In this document: positions 34,458 to 46,470 of the stretch, one piece after another
Layout of the letters: each line of letters opens with the position of its first letter
Position numbering within the stretch: position 1 is the first letter of the stretch
NCBI GenBank assembly: GCA_004431415.1
Contig: QPMI01000511.1
Span: 62,001 to 126,000, forward strand
Direction of reading: 5' to 3'
Length of the DNA: 64,000 bases
Source of the DNA: Cyanophora paradoxa CCMP329
Taxonomy: Eukaryota > Plantae > Glaucophyta
Translations under genes and position numbers: made by a program
The notes under the pieces: model-generated
What the model was told of the DNA's origin: nothing
The model's input: the letters and a program-made list of their open reading frames with translations, nothing else
The model's database searches: none

Positions 34458-37400
34458 CTAGTCGTCGTCGAGGACAATATAATCGATGACGGTACCCTCC
34501 CGCGGCTCGCGTTGCGCTGCAGACAGATCAACCGCCATCGCAATCAGGAGCGTCAGACGCCGAATCTCAAGGCGCACCAGTGGTGTCTGCAGCTGCAGGG
34601 GGCGGTTGCGGGGAGGGTGTCGGCTGCGGGGGGGGCCCACTGCTGCTGGCACTAGAGCCTGACGCGGCCGATGCAGCTGCCCCCGTGGCCGATCCCGCTG
34701 TCGGATGCTCCTCATCTCGATCGCGATCGGGAGACCGCGGGCGCTTCCTCGTGAGCGCGGCAGCAGGTGGCGGGCTGACACGTGCACCCGCAGCGACGGC
34801 TGCGTCCCCCTCGCCCCCTGCGAAGCGCTTTAGTCAGCGTACAAAGATTGCACAGAAGAGCGGAGACAGCTAGCGCTGTGACCTGCAGCTGGACTCTGCT
34901 GCGACTTCTCCTCCGTGCGCACGCCGAGGCGCCTGAGGAGCGCGCGGCGCTCGTCCCGCAGGCGCCGCAGCTCCATCGCGCGGTTGCGCAGCACGCCCTT
35001 CTTCTCGTAGTACATGGCGCAGGGGCGGCAGACGCCGAGCTCCTTCGCGTCGCTCGGGTCCGCCCCCGCGATCTTGATCGAAACGAGCCGGTCGGGCGGC
35101 AGCGGCCGGCTGCATGCCTCGTTCTCGCACTTTGCCCCGCTGCGCTTGACATTAGCATCGCGGATCTGGATGTCGATCGCGTGTTCGTTTCACGCACTCG
35201 CGATGGGCCTCCTCTTTATCGTTCTCCTGCCCATACACGCTCTCGTTCTCGTTCGTGGTATCGTACAAGTCGTTCTTGAAGAATTCTTGCGCCATCAGGC
35301 TCCGGAAGGTCTCCCGCAGCTTCTGGACCTGCTCGGCGTGGACGGGAATGCCTGCCGCGTCCGAGAGGAATCCGTCCTCCTCCAACCGCTGGTACACGCT
35401 GATGCAGCTCTTCACGTTGCCGTAGAACAGGGCAGGGACAATGATCTGCGGTTACAGAGATTTCAGAAGTAGGAAAGGAATTTAAATTTTGGGGCGACCT
35501 CGCGAAGCTCCTGGTAGTGCTCGCTGCTGTAACTCTTTAGACGAGCAAACGCCTTGTGCACAGAATCCGCCAAGTCGAACTGCGCGGCGAGAGCTAATTT
35601 TTAGCACGTATCCCCGGATATCGATTATGATGATGAACAGTGAGATTCTGTTGACCTGAAAATCTTCCGCGAAACCTTTGGCCACATCGTTGAGTACGCT
35701 AACCGCCTTGTCCCTGATAGATCCTCGAAACTTCGCAAGTTCCACGCTCCTTCCCAGCGCTTCCTCGCGCTCGCGTCCTCTCTGGTCAATGGGGTTTCAA
35801 ATCTGTGAATAATTTTTCATTTCTAAAAAGCTATAAAGAGCACGAGCACGAGCAAGATAGAAGGCATCTAGATCTGCATGCGCGGCTGCTCGCGCGGCTG
35901 GCTTTGAAACGGACAGGTCCGCACCGGTTTCTTCAAGACGTGCGCGGCGAGACGGCGGAGGCTCTGGCAGATCTCCTCCCACACTTGCGAACGAAGCTCG
36001 GCCATGTCGGGCGCGCTCTGCTCGAGCTTTGCGATGTAGCTCTGCACAACGTGATCCATGCTCGAGCTCAACTTCCTGCATGTACGTGCACGTGTTAGAA
36101 ATGCTTTCATAATGTATTCTCTGAATAGTAATGCTTGAGGTGTACTTACTTGTGCTCGAAAGAGAGCAAGAGTCTGTATATGGAGCTCGTGGGAACTCTG
36201 CTGCCCGGATTCGGATCCAGCGGGTCTCCGTCAGTATCCGGATCCGTGGATGACATCAATGTCGATGCCTCCTCCATCTTTTTATAGAAGCCCGTCAGCA
36301 GTCTGAACTTCTCCTCCTTTGTTCTCGTGAAGAGTTCCTTGAGAGCATCGAAGACGATGCGAGCCGGCTCGACGGGGACGTAGGTGGCGAGCGGACCGAA
36401 GGCAATGTCCACCAGTCTTGGATCGGGGTCCTCCGCCTTTTCGCTGCACGCCTTGAGCACAGAGCCGAACTCGCGCTCAGCGAGCATCATGGATTCCTTG
36501 TAGGCTTCCTGCGTTGAGCTGGAAGTCACGATAGAAGATTGCAATTGAAATCATGATATGCAGGGCATGCGCAATTCAAATGTACCAACGTTTCTTTCGC
36601 CCGCTCACTGGAGCAGAGCTCTGCGTACTCGTCGATTGTCTTCTCGGCCCGTTCAAGCGCCTTTCTGAGACTTTCATCCTGCAAGGCGCGATCACGGAAG
36701 TGCTTGAGCTTTCAATCTGGAACACGTTGCGCGTATGCGCACACACCCTCTCAAGATTGTTCAGTTTGAGGACCTTCTTCAGCTTTGCTGCCTTCTCGCT
36801 GCGTTTCCGGAGAAGCTTCACCGCTTCTTGTAGAGACAGCTGAGCCTCCTGGCATTCCCTGCCCGCCCTCAAATCCATGCCCATTTTGCACATCTGCAAA
36901 TTCGGAAATTTTTAGTGAAACTCGCGATCAGGCGAATGAATTATTTATCAAATTTGGAAACAAACCTGATCAGAGAGCGCGGCGAAGGGCTCGACTGCAT
37001 CTGCAAGGAGCGAAGTCGCGATGGCAGCACGCCGAGGCTTTGCCTGGAGCTGCTGGATGTCCTTCAGCTCCCTTGCCAGAGCGCCGAGGCCGTAGTGCTC
37101 GTCGTCCACCAGCCCGCCGACGACGCAAGTTGTGCGGAAGCGGAGGGCCCCTCTCTCATCGATCTCGCGTTGCTGCTGGTGCCGCTGAGCCTCGGCCGAC
37201 CTCCACCCATCGACGTCCCTCGCCGCTTTGTGTGCCGCCGCCGCCGCGTCGGGTCGCAGCAATCCAGAAATGCCTGGTACAAGCTGTGGAGAAGCGATGC
37301 CGAAATGAAAATATTAATTCAAATGAGAGTGTGACCACGATTTGTTCAACGTCTCACCTCGGACTCGATGTTTGCAATCCGTTGCAGGGTCAGGGGCTCA

Positions 37401-38724
37401 GAGTTGCTCTGCTTCTTGAGCGCTGCTGTAAGCTGAGTTGCGAACACCTGAATTCGAAAGAGATCTTGTCAATGCAAGAAAACACAACACTAGTGCTAGT
37501 GCTAGAAGCTTAAGTATCCGGTTCGCCTGAAATCTGTTCTTGCGCAGTTTATGGTGCTCAGCAGCAATGGCGTTCGCTTTGGGCAAATTGATCGAATTCA
37601 ACTCAAGCTTCCTCTTGTACTTCAAATGGTAATCCGCGTTCAGCCTGAAAGGAAAATACCGCGTCACGCATGCAAGTAAACGTAAACATGTTCGAGCATC
37701 GATATCCAAAGAGTGCGCACAAAAATGTGGCTTTCAAGCCGTTTGGCTTTGTGAGGAAGCGGTTGAGAAGGCCCCCGGGAGCGAACAGCGTCATCCAGAA
37801 ATCTTGCGGGATCGGCTGCATATAAATGCATCAATATATAGTGCAATGTTAGTATATCGAGTGTAATGTTTTACCAGTAAGCCAACAAGCAGGAAGATGT
37901 GCAAGTGCTCAAAAGTTTCTGCAAAGAGTTTCCGGATGACAGCCGAGCGATAGGAGTCTGAGATCGCAAATCTGTTCGAATTCGCGTAGGGCGTATGCAT
38001 GTAATTAAATATGATCATGAACCGGTATCAAAGCATAGGCTTCGTACCCAGGAACATCAACGAGAACGAGGCCTGCGAAAAATTCCAAAATCAGGATTTT
38101 CAACGCTGACTAGCTATAGCGCGGTTCTTGAATAATTGCGTTCGCGGGCCCCGCCTGTGGACCCACCTGACTCGAGCAGCGGGCAGGGGAGGAAGACGTC
38201 GACCTCGTCGAGGATGCTCCACTGGAGGAAGCGGCTGGGGCTTTCATCATCGTCGCCGTAGCTCGCCGCGTCGCCGGCGGTCGTCGCGAGCAGCAGGCGG
38301 TGGAGGAGGGCGAGGGCGGCGGGGAGGGGGCCCGGGAAGACGATCTGCCGGTGGAGGCCCAGGAACTGCAGGTGATCCCGCGGCAGTCTGAGCTGATCCG
38401 GGTCCATCTGCATGATGAGCTCCGCGTTTTCGATAAGGCTCATGTTGCAGAGGTGACATGCTTCGTCCAGCGTTTCCCGGTCAACCTGCACGTGGGATCA
38501 CAAGAGCATTAATATTGCCGCGAGCTATTTTGCATCAGCCGACAGCTGCTAGATATGCACACCTCCTTACTGCTGCTTTCACGGCACCCCACCAGCTCCG
38601 CGCGTGCCTTCTTGAGCCTTTCGTACACGTGGGAGGCACTTTTGTACTTGAAGACTACAGCAGCCTGCTTGCCATGCTTGATTCGTGTAACGACGGATGT
38701 TGTGACTTGCGGCATCGCCGGCAA
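34458..38724 (-). CDS. Multi-exon hypothetical protein, lower GC than neighbours, with a C-terminal GATA-like zinc finger
   Basis: A chain of same-strand exon-like ORFs, including KCENEACSRPLPPDRL...LGVCRPCAMYYEKKGVLRN at ~34985-35135. The exon structure is not resolved. Confidence 0.45.
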
Positions 38725-39007
38725 CAGTAGGTCTCCGTTAGTTTGCTCCTGACTGGTTCATATATAAGTGGGCTCTTGCCAAAGGTCGAGCTCTCGAGCT
38801 TGCCCCTTCGCTGTCAATGCATTGTTAACCCTCGGAGGTTGCATGAGTCACGCGTCACGGAGGTTTGGGTGTTATATTGCGATCAGGGACGCGCTGCACT
38901 AACAGGGGGGCTAGCACTAACTGGCGCGGGGAGTAACACGTCCGACGTACCCCTCGGGGCCTCCGGCCTCTAACTATGCTCAGGCTCTAACTGAATGCTG
39001 TACCCCC

Positions 39008-39799
39008 TCACTGGCCGAAGTGCGACGGTCCCCACTCGAGGTCGGGGTCGGGCCTTGGGGGCCTCCGGCGGGGTACGATGCTCCCGCTTGCCAGCTCCAT
39101 GTACTCCCCCACGGGGTTGTCTTCGTCTGCGAGGTCCTTATAGTTGCCCTTTACGAGATCCGCTGTCGCTTTGCGCCAGCGAACGGCCACGTTGTACGTG
39201 TTGTCGATGATGTTCTGCACTGTACCCTCCATGGGTGTTAGGGAAGGTGTGTAGTTGAGAAAGGCGAGGTCTCTCTCGCGCAGACTCAATTCCCTTTCGT
39301 AGTACTCCACTGCGCTTGGGAGGGCCCTGAGCTCCACCGCGTGCTCGCCCGGGTCCGACGAGCTAATGAGCCCGGAGCGCTGCAGTGCGTCTACAGCCGC
39401 CCGCAGCACGATTTTGCCCACCCCCCGCATCGAATTCCTCTGCTCGGGCGTCCCGTATTCCCCCTGCGGCCCGTAATCGTTGTAGTAGCTTTCTATTTCG
39501 ACGGTGGCTGGCTTATTGCCGACCTGAGGCTGAACAGAGCCGTACACCCATGCCATGGCGTCATTGTCCGCTGAGCGGGCTTTCTTGGAAGGGGGCGGCA
39601 GCACTTCGATTTTGAACTCCCTGGTCCGTCGGTTGACGAGTGTTTTTAGATTGAGGGGGAGGCGCGTATCCCCGAATTTATCAGGAAAGAGGCGGTGTAG
39701 CTTAAACCACGCTTCCTGATCACCGTAGGTGTACGACATTTGCTCGCGGCTCGCTGAGAATTTATACCTGTACCCCCACTCCCGGTCGGGGTACCTCAT
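39008..39799 (-). CDS. Viral protein with GNAT acetyltransferase-like C-terminal domain
   Basis: Intronless, 263 aa. Motif-A-like MRGVGKIVLRAAV and motif-B-like VELRALPSAVEYYER. Confidence 0.55.
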   Translation of the reverse strand: MRYPDREWGYRYKFSASREQMSYTYGDQEAWFKLHRLFPDKFGDTRLPLNLKTLVNRRTREFKIEVLPPPSKKARSADNDAMAWVYGSVQPQVGNKPATVEIESYYNDYGPQGEYGTPEQRNSMRGVGKIVLRAAVDALQRSGLISSSDPGEHAVELRALPSAVEYYERELSLRERDLAFLNYTPSLTPMEGTVQNIIDNTYNVAVRWRKATADLVKGNYKDLADEDNPVGEYMELASGSIVPRRRPPRPDPDLEWGPSHFGQ

Positions 39800-40374
39800 T
39801 CGAGCCTCCTACGCTTCGCCTCCTTCTCTTCCGCTTCGCGTATGTACTGCTCCTGCCAGCGGGGGGGTAGCATCTCCAGGGGCATTGTGTAGTTCTCCTC
39901 GAGTGATTCCTGCCAGGGTAGCAGGGGCCGCGGCATCTGACGATTGTAACTGTCGCGGATGTGGAAGTAATCGACTACCCAGTTACGGAACACCTCCAAC
40001 GGTTGGTAGGGCTCGTTTGCCGTCGTCAGAGGCCGCTCGGCCGTCCACCACTTCTCGAAGATGAGCCGCTGAATCTCTTCTGGGAGGTGCGGTATCATGC
40101 TCTTCCGGCTCACGAATGCCATCCAGAGCTGTTTCAGTACGTTTATGATACCGTACTCCCCAAAGCCCCAGCGGTAGGGTCCGGCGGGCCGCATGTCCAT
40201 GCTATCCCCGAACGCGTTCATGGCCAAATAGAGATTCGGCTTCAGCTTGTTGTACGGAGGTACGTATCCATTGCGTTTGGCCCCCGTGTTCGCTCTTATC
40301 CAGGGGATCAAATCTCTAACGTTCTCCACCATTCCCTTCACCTCGTCCCTCGTTGTTAGCTCGGGGTATGACAT
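39796..40374 (-). CDS. Viral hypothetical protein
   Basis: Intronless ORF from MSYPELTTRDEV. It overlaps the next start by 4 nt and has the upstream motif ATTTCTCG. Confidence 0.7.
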   Translation of the reverse strand: MSYPELTTRDEVKGMVENVRDLIPWIRANTGAKRNGYVPPYNKLKPNLYLAMNAFGDSMDMRPAGPYRWGFGEYGIINVLKQLWMAFVSRKSMIPHLPEEIQRLIFEKWWTAERPLTTANEPYQPLEVFRNWVVDYFHIRDSYNRQMPRPLLPWQESLEENYTMPLEMLPPRWQEQYIREAEEKEAKRRRLE

Positions 40375-40417
40375 TTGCAATTGCACACATCGAGAAATTC
40401 TAAACGCTACTGCAACG

Positions 40418-41053
40418 ATGGACCTACAACAGGGGAGCGCGGCGTGGCACGCTGCGCGCCGCGAAAAGCTAACCGCCTCGAACTTTGCCGCCGCGTGCGG
40501 CATCAACCCGTGGAAATCCAGGGCCCGCCTCTGGGCGGAGCTGAGCGGGATCGCGGAGGAAAACAACTTTGACAACCCTGCCCTAACCTATGGGCATGAC
40601 TATGAGCCCCTCGCGGTCTCTATCTACAAGGCACTGAACGATAACGTGGACATTCAACACACTGGACTGCACGAACACAAAGAAATGCCGTTCCTCGCCG
40701 GGAGCCCCGACGGACTGATAGGAAATGATAGGATTTTAGAGGTGAAATGCCCGTACAAGGGCGAACTTTATGATAGAGTTCCTACCTATTACATGCCTCA
40801 ACTTCAGGGACTTCTGGACATCACGGGCCGCGAGTGGGCCGAACTTTTTTGCTTCACTCCTCTGCGCGTGCAAACGTGGTACGTCAGGCGCGACGAGAGG
40901 TACATCGAGCTCATCAGGAAGTGCTTACATCTATTTTGGATGCACGTCAAGGAGGGTACGCCGCCCGAGCCCTACAGCGATCGAATGAAGTCAGAGAACC
41001 TCAGCGAGGAGCAGGCGGCGCTGCGCGAGTTTAAGTCGTACGCCCTCCTCTAG
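40418..41053 (+). CDS. YqaJ / lambda-type exonuclease (viral recombinase nuclease)
   Basis: QGSAAWHAARREKLTASNF, YGHDYEPLA, GSPDGL, LEVKCPY and YMPQLQG form the complete PD-(D/E)xK YqaJ motif set. Confidence 0.95.
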   Translation: MDLQQGSAAWHAARREKLTASNFAAACGINPWKSRARLWAELSGIAEENNFDNPALTYGHDYEPLAVSIYKALNDNVDIQHTGLHEHKEMPFLAGSPDGLIGNDRILEVKCPYKGELYDRVPTYYMPQLQGLLDITGREWAELFCFTPLRVQTWYVRRDERYIELIRKCLHLFWMHVKEGTPPEPYSDRMKSENLSEEQAALREFKSYALL

Positions 41054-41104
41054 TGTCCCGACCCTCTCAGATATTAATTTAAAGATCTGGGAGGGTCGGG
41101 ACAC
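41053..41104. terminator. 20-bp stem / 12-nt AT loop hairpin between convergent genes
   Basis: gtgtcccgaccctctcagat-attaatttaaag-atctgggagggtcgggacac, with one G:T pair. Terminator function is inferred from position. Confidence 0.6.
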
Positions 41105-41139
41105 GTCTCTTGGTCGGACTCACCGTAGCTTGGTGTAGC

Positions 41140-44116
41140 TCAGGCCCAGGCCGGGTAGGCGCGTCTGTAATGAATCAGACCGCGCAGGATTTGGTCGAGC
41201 TGCTCGGTGCAGGGGGGCGGGAAGGCGAGGCCGCGGAGGGCCATAGAGACGTAGCGGAAGGGGTGGGGGAGGCGGCCCCTGTTATCCCACATGGCGTCCA
41301 CTATGGCGTTGTGGACGGTTTGCTCGGAGAGGGGACGGGCCTGCGCGCACCGTTTCAGGGCCCTCAGCAGCCCTCGAAGATGTTGGAGTTGGCGTGCACC
41401 AGGGGGAGGGAGGGCTGGGACGGCGGCGGCGAGCCCGGGGCCGAGCCCTGGGTGGCGAGGGCCTGCGAGGGCGCCGGCTCCAGCTCCATCTCGAAGACGC
41501 CGCCCTCGACGTCGACGGTCACGGGCGGCGAGGCCGGGATCGCGCCGGCCTGCTGCGTGGCGGGGACCTGAGCCGAGAAGTTCTCGAGCCGCCACTCGCG
41601 GCAGCCCTGGCACTCACCTGGACGAAGGCGGTGCGGTTGGCGACGGGCGGCGTCGGTAGGGCCTGCGTGGGGGCGTCACTTACAGAAGCCGAAGGCGCCG
41701 GCCTTGTGGGGCGGGGCGTCGGGGTCGCGGGGCGTGCTATAGGCCTCCGAGCCTTCCTCAGAGTCACTCACCGAGCTGAGAGGGTGCGGTGAGAAGAGGC
41801 CGAGGCGGGCCTTCTTGGCGGGCAGGAGGTGGGAGCCGTTGAGGGCGCAATCGGCGCGGTGGGCACACCTCTCTCCGTAGGTGGGGCAGAGGGCCGGGGC
41901 CGAGGGCGCCGGAGCCAAGGACGCCGGAGCCGAGGACGCCGGGGGCTGGAGGAGGCGGTGAGAGGGGCCGAGGAGGAGAGGAAGGGGGAAGGGCGCGGGC
42001 ACCGGCGCCTCGACGTCCCAGTCCGCCAGCTCGGGGAGGCCGTGCTCGTCGAACGCCAGCGCGGGCCGCCCGCTGAAGCCGAACGGGGCGGGGGGCGAGA
42101 GCGCGTTGTCCCCGACGCCCCAGACGGCGCTGAACGCCGCATCGTCCCAGCGCGCCTCCGCCTCCGCCTGGCCCTCGTCCCTTGCCTCGTCCACCTCCTT
42201 GGCAGAGAGCGACCCGATCTTGATGATGGAGGCCTGGATCAGCACAAACTCGCGCTGGAAGAATTGGACGAGCGGGATGGTAACTGCGGGAGAGGGGGTG
42301 AGCGGGGAGAGCGCGGGGCGCAGGCCAAGGGCGGGGGCGCAGGCCAAGGGCGGGGGCGCAGGCCAAGGGCGGGGGCGCAGGCCAAGGGCGGGGCGGACGC
42401 ACATTCGATGCCGTAGGCCACCTCCTTGATGTAGCGGCCCCGGCGGCCGATCTCCTTGGCCAGCATGCTGCACTCCTTGCGCGCCGGGTGGCCGTGGCCC
42501 CACTCCATGGCGATCATCGCCTTCGCCAGACGGACGCCCTCGATGTGCCACTCGTCCATCTCCGCCTCCAGCTTGGCGCAGATGCGCATCCAGAAGAAGA
42601 CGCGCTTGAGCTTGTCGCGGTCGAATTCGGCGTCGCCGCTCTTGCTGCCCCAGTCGCGCAGGTCCGTCTCCTCCGCCTTCTTCACCTTCTCGTACCAGCA
42701 CTTGATCTTCTCCGCCTGGCGCTGGAACTCGTCCGCCCGCGCCGTGAGAACGTCCGACTCCTCCTGCGCTCCGAGGGCCCGGGTCAGGGAGGAGAGGCGG
42801 GCTAAGCGGGGCGGCGGCGGACCGTGTGCGAGAGCTCGCCGACGATCACGGAGATGGCCGCCGAGAGGATCTCACGGGCGCGGGCCGGCCCGTTTGGGTG
42901 GCCCTCGCGCAGAACCTCCTCCAGCTTCAGCACGGCCGTCCGCATGAGATCGCGGTGGCGCTGGCGGGTCTCGTCGCTCCGGCCCTGATCCACGAGAAGC
43001 TGGAGCTGGGGCCGCATGCCGGAGTCGCAGACGCTGGCGTACTTCCGAAGGGCCGCGCAGGAGAGCACCTTCTGCACGCTGACCAGCCAGTACGCGTAGC
43101 CCAGCGGGCTCTCCGCGCTCGGGTTCTCTCCGACCTGCGGACGCGACCTTAGCGCGCGCAGGGGCAGGGGAAAGGGGAAAGGGCGGGCTCTCGCGCACGT
43201 AAATGTCATCGGCGCAGGAGAGGAACATGTGATCAACGACGTCGAAGAAGCCGCCGGACGGGAGCGTGCCGACGCCGTGGTACGCGCCGTTGGTGGTCTC
43301 GCCGGCGCAGATGCCGGCCTGGACGGTGACGGTGTACTGCGAGGCCGGCGGCCCCTCCTTCACGTAGACGAAGTTGAGGTCGTACTTCTTGGCGTACGTC
43401 GGGTTGATGCGCTTGGTGACGATGACGTAATCGCACCGAACGCCGAGGCCGGACGGGCTGGCCTTCTCCTTCTCCGTCACCGACGCCAGGCACTGATCCC
43501 GCGCGATCAAGAGCTGCGGCGGCCCGCGCGTGAGCAAGCGCGGGCACGCGAGCGCAGGGAAGGGCCCTCACCCCGTGGGCGCCGCCGCTGCCGGATTTGA
43601 GGTCCGCGAGGAACTCCTTCTGCTCCGGAGTGCCGGAGAAGATCGCGCGCGGATGGAAATCGCGATGGAGCGCGATGCTGTTGAAGCAGCCCGCCGCCGC
43701 ATTGTCGGACATCAGCAACAGCGCCACATCGCCGTGCGTGAAGCCGTACTTCGCCTTCACATACTCCGGCAGCTCGTGAATGCTGTAAGGCACGATCTGC
43801 GCGCGGGGCACGCGAGCCGGGGCATGTGAGCCGGGGCCGAAGCGGTGCGGGCGAAACCGCGAACCTCGTTGAACTTATTAACCGGCGTGAACTGGCCCTT
43901 GGTCTTCAAGCGCTTCGGGTGGCCGTCCGTGTTCTGGATCTTCTTCAGCCCGCCGAACGGCTCGAAGCGCGGCACGCCGGCCGAGTTGAACACGCTATCG
44001 CAGGTCATCGCGTTGAGCGCCTCCTCCGCCGATAGGCTGCCGAGATCGCGGGCTATGCTGTCCTGCTCGCCGGGCTGCTGCTGCTTCGCGCAGGAGCGGA
44101 AGGTCGCCGCCTGCAT
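41140..44116 (-). CDS. Intron-containing hypothetical protein within the viral region
   Basis: Exons MQAATF..KFNE | IVPYSI..AHG | LLIARD..DDIY | VGENP..SHT | EESD..YGIE | TIPLVQFF.. are joined by short GT-AG introns. No recognisable domain. Confidence 0.65.
42315..42390. repeat. 19-bp tandem repeat x4 (ggggcgcaggccaagggcg) inside an intron
   Basis: Direct reading. Confidence 0.9.
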
Positions 44117-44421
44117 CGCGAGTGTTACTGCCCGCGATGTCTCAACGGATTCCGTTCAACGTCGTACCCCCGCTGGCTTGTTCCCTCCCCCAACTCGCAA
44201 AGACTCAGACTTGAAGCGCGCTCCCCCCCCCCCTCAAAATGCGTACCCCCCTTGGGCTCGAACCCCGGTCGGTTTCTCGCTTTTTTGACTGCCCAGTCCG
44301 GCGATGCAATGCAGGCCGCTCGTTCAAATCGGCTGGGAACTTGGCGCCAGAACCTTCGCAGCGCGCGCAGCACTCCCAGCAGAGCGCGCGCAGCAGCGGC
44401 GGCAGCATCGGCGGCAGCAGC

Positions 44422-45601
44422 ATGTCTCGGCTCGCGCTCCCTCCGGAGATCCCGGCTAAGCTGGCGAGGAACACGCTGTACGACGTTCTCTGCGTCGGCG
44501 ACAGCTTCGGCGTCGATTGGACGGTTTTCGAGGCCGGCATCAGCGACCAGGCAAAGGAGGCGCAGGCCCGGGCGCTGGAGGACGGCGTGCAGTTCAGCCC
44601 GAACAGCAAGGATGTGCTGCGCAAGACCGAGCTGGCCGAGCGCAAGCGCAAGCTGGCCGCGGCGCGGACCTTGAACCTCGAGGGCGCCCCCGGCCCGTCG
44701 GTGCAGTTCTCCATCGACTCCGTCCTGTCGCGGCTGCGGCTCGCGGAGGTGCTCGCTGCCTCTTTCTCTCTGCGCTCGCAGCGGCTGAGGCGCCGCGGCG
44801 CATCGCAGGACGCGGACGTGCGGGCGATGCACGCGGCGCTGAACATGACGGAGGAGAACTTCGACACGCCGAGCAAGCCGAAGCCCGGGCGCGATGCCGA
44901 CGCCCGCCGGCTGTTCGCGGCGCAGCGCCTGCGGCTGCTCATGGGCGCCGTGCCCCGGCACCTCGCCAAGGGCGAGTGGCGTACGATTGGCCTGCTGGCG
45001 GGCCCGGAGGAGTTCTACTTCAACCGCATGGCGGAGGCGGCCCCGCACCTGCTCTGGCTGCTGGTGCTCAGCTCGGACCCGGCCTACACGCCCGAGGTGC
45101 GCCCCCGGCCCGCGCCGCCCGGCCGCCCCTCCCCGCCGACCCCCGCCGGCCCGCAGAGGCTGGCGAAGGGCATCATGGGCGTCGAGGCGCGCTGCATCAT
45201 GCGGAACAGCCGCGCGTTCATCACGCGCCACGAGAGCTCGGCGGTCTGGGGCGAGCGGCCGGACACCGGAGTCCTCACCGACGCCTACGCCATCCGCATC
45301 GTGCTGGAGGCGGCCTGCCGGACGTGCCGGGACCGCCACGGGCGCCAGGGCATCTGCGCCTTCGACCTGGTTCCTGAGTTCGAGGTGCCCGGCGTCACCA
45401 TCGGCGACCGCGTGCAGGTGCGCCGTTTCTATTTGGATGCTATTTAGATGCTATTTAGACTATTTAGATGCCATTTAAACCCCCTCGCAGGTCATCCGCC
45501 GGTGCTCGATGCCGGACTCGCACGGGCGGCCCATGATCCACGGCGCCGTGAAGTTCATCACTGAATTCGCACACACCGAGACAGTACAGCTAGTGATGTA
45601 A
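44422..45601 (+). CDS. Intron-containing hypothetical protein (possibly the 5' part of the helicase gene)
   Basis: Starts MSRLALPPEIP. GT-AG introns at ~44749-44808, ~45097-45156 and 45418-45490. It ends abruptly at an LTR-like segment. Confidence 0.6.
45430..45480. repeat. Degenerate 11-bp tandem repeat (tatttagatgc) inside an intron
   Basis: Direct reading; about 5 copies. Confidence 0.8.
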
Positions 45602-46456
45602 CTGGGGTGTCTGACTGTGTCATGTCGAAAGGTAACAATTTAGGCTAAGGCGCAATGCTAGCCATCAGAAACCGGACAGGGTGGAGCTATTGTACTGAGG
45701 AAAGCGACCTACACACACCTAGCAACGCTACTTACTCCTACCTAGAGAGCCAAATCAGGACAGAGCAACCATAACCCCCCCTCAAGACGTGGGAGCCTAC
45801 AGGAGAGAACCCAGGTATAAGCAAGGATATGGGGTTGGAGCCGCGCAGCCTGAACTATAGCCCTCCATCTGATAGGGAAGATGCGCACTAAGGGAGCAAA
45901 ACCAGCTAACCCCAGGGAGGGCCGGAAACCGGAGCCCGTGAGAGCCCGGGTGAAAACCGGCGGGCGCACAGCATCGCCGGCCGAAGCCGGCGACCTGTGC
46001 TCCTCGGCCGAGAGATACCTCCTCCAGCTGGCGCGCGTGCGCACGCGGAATCCGCTGCGGCGGGGGTTGGGAGGCCCCGGGCCGCCCGAGTGCTCAGAAG
46101 CACGTCGCCTCGCCAGGAATCCAAGCATCTGTGCGGCAGCGACGCCCACGGCCGCGACGCGGGCGTGCACTCACACGACCGACGATCATCTGCGCGGGCG
46201 CAGCACAGGTCGCCGGCCCCATAGCCGCGGGCGGCCGATCGTTGCCGCAGAGAAGTGCTTGGGCTGAACGAGAGAGCAGCTGCTGAAGCCGCCGCTGGTG
46301 TCCGCTGGAGTGGCTCGCCGAACCGACCCACGGAGCGGATTCCTAACGGACGCGCGGCTAACCGGCTAGAGGAGGGGTGGAGGCACCGCCAAGGTGATTC
46401 GCGGCAGCCGGAGAGGCGCCCAGCGGGCAGGAGCCCGCCACCTACTTTCTCTCCAG
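45597..46456 (-). mobile_element. Possible truncated LTR-retrotransposon 3' end (polypurine tract plus ~180-bp LTR)
   Basis: The minus strand reads cttgagggggg (PPT-like), then ttatgg...ccccagttaca. The composition is non-coding and unlike the flanks. No second LTR is seen. Confidence 0.3.
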
Positions 46457-46470
46457 GTCGGGGTACGCGA

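Noticed and set aside
41073-41084. CRESS-type nonanucleotide origin in the hairpin loop
   Set aside because: The loop does not match NANTATTAC on either strand, and no HUH Rep was recognised in the window.
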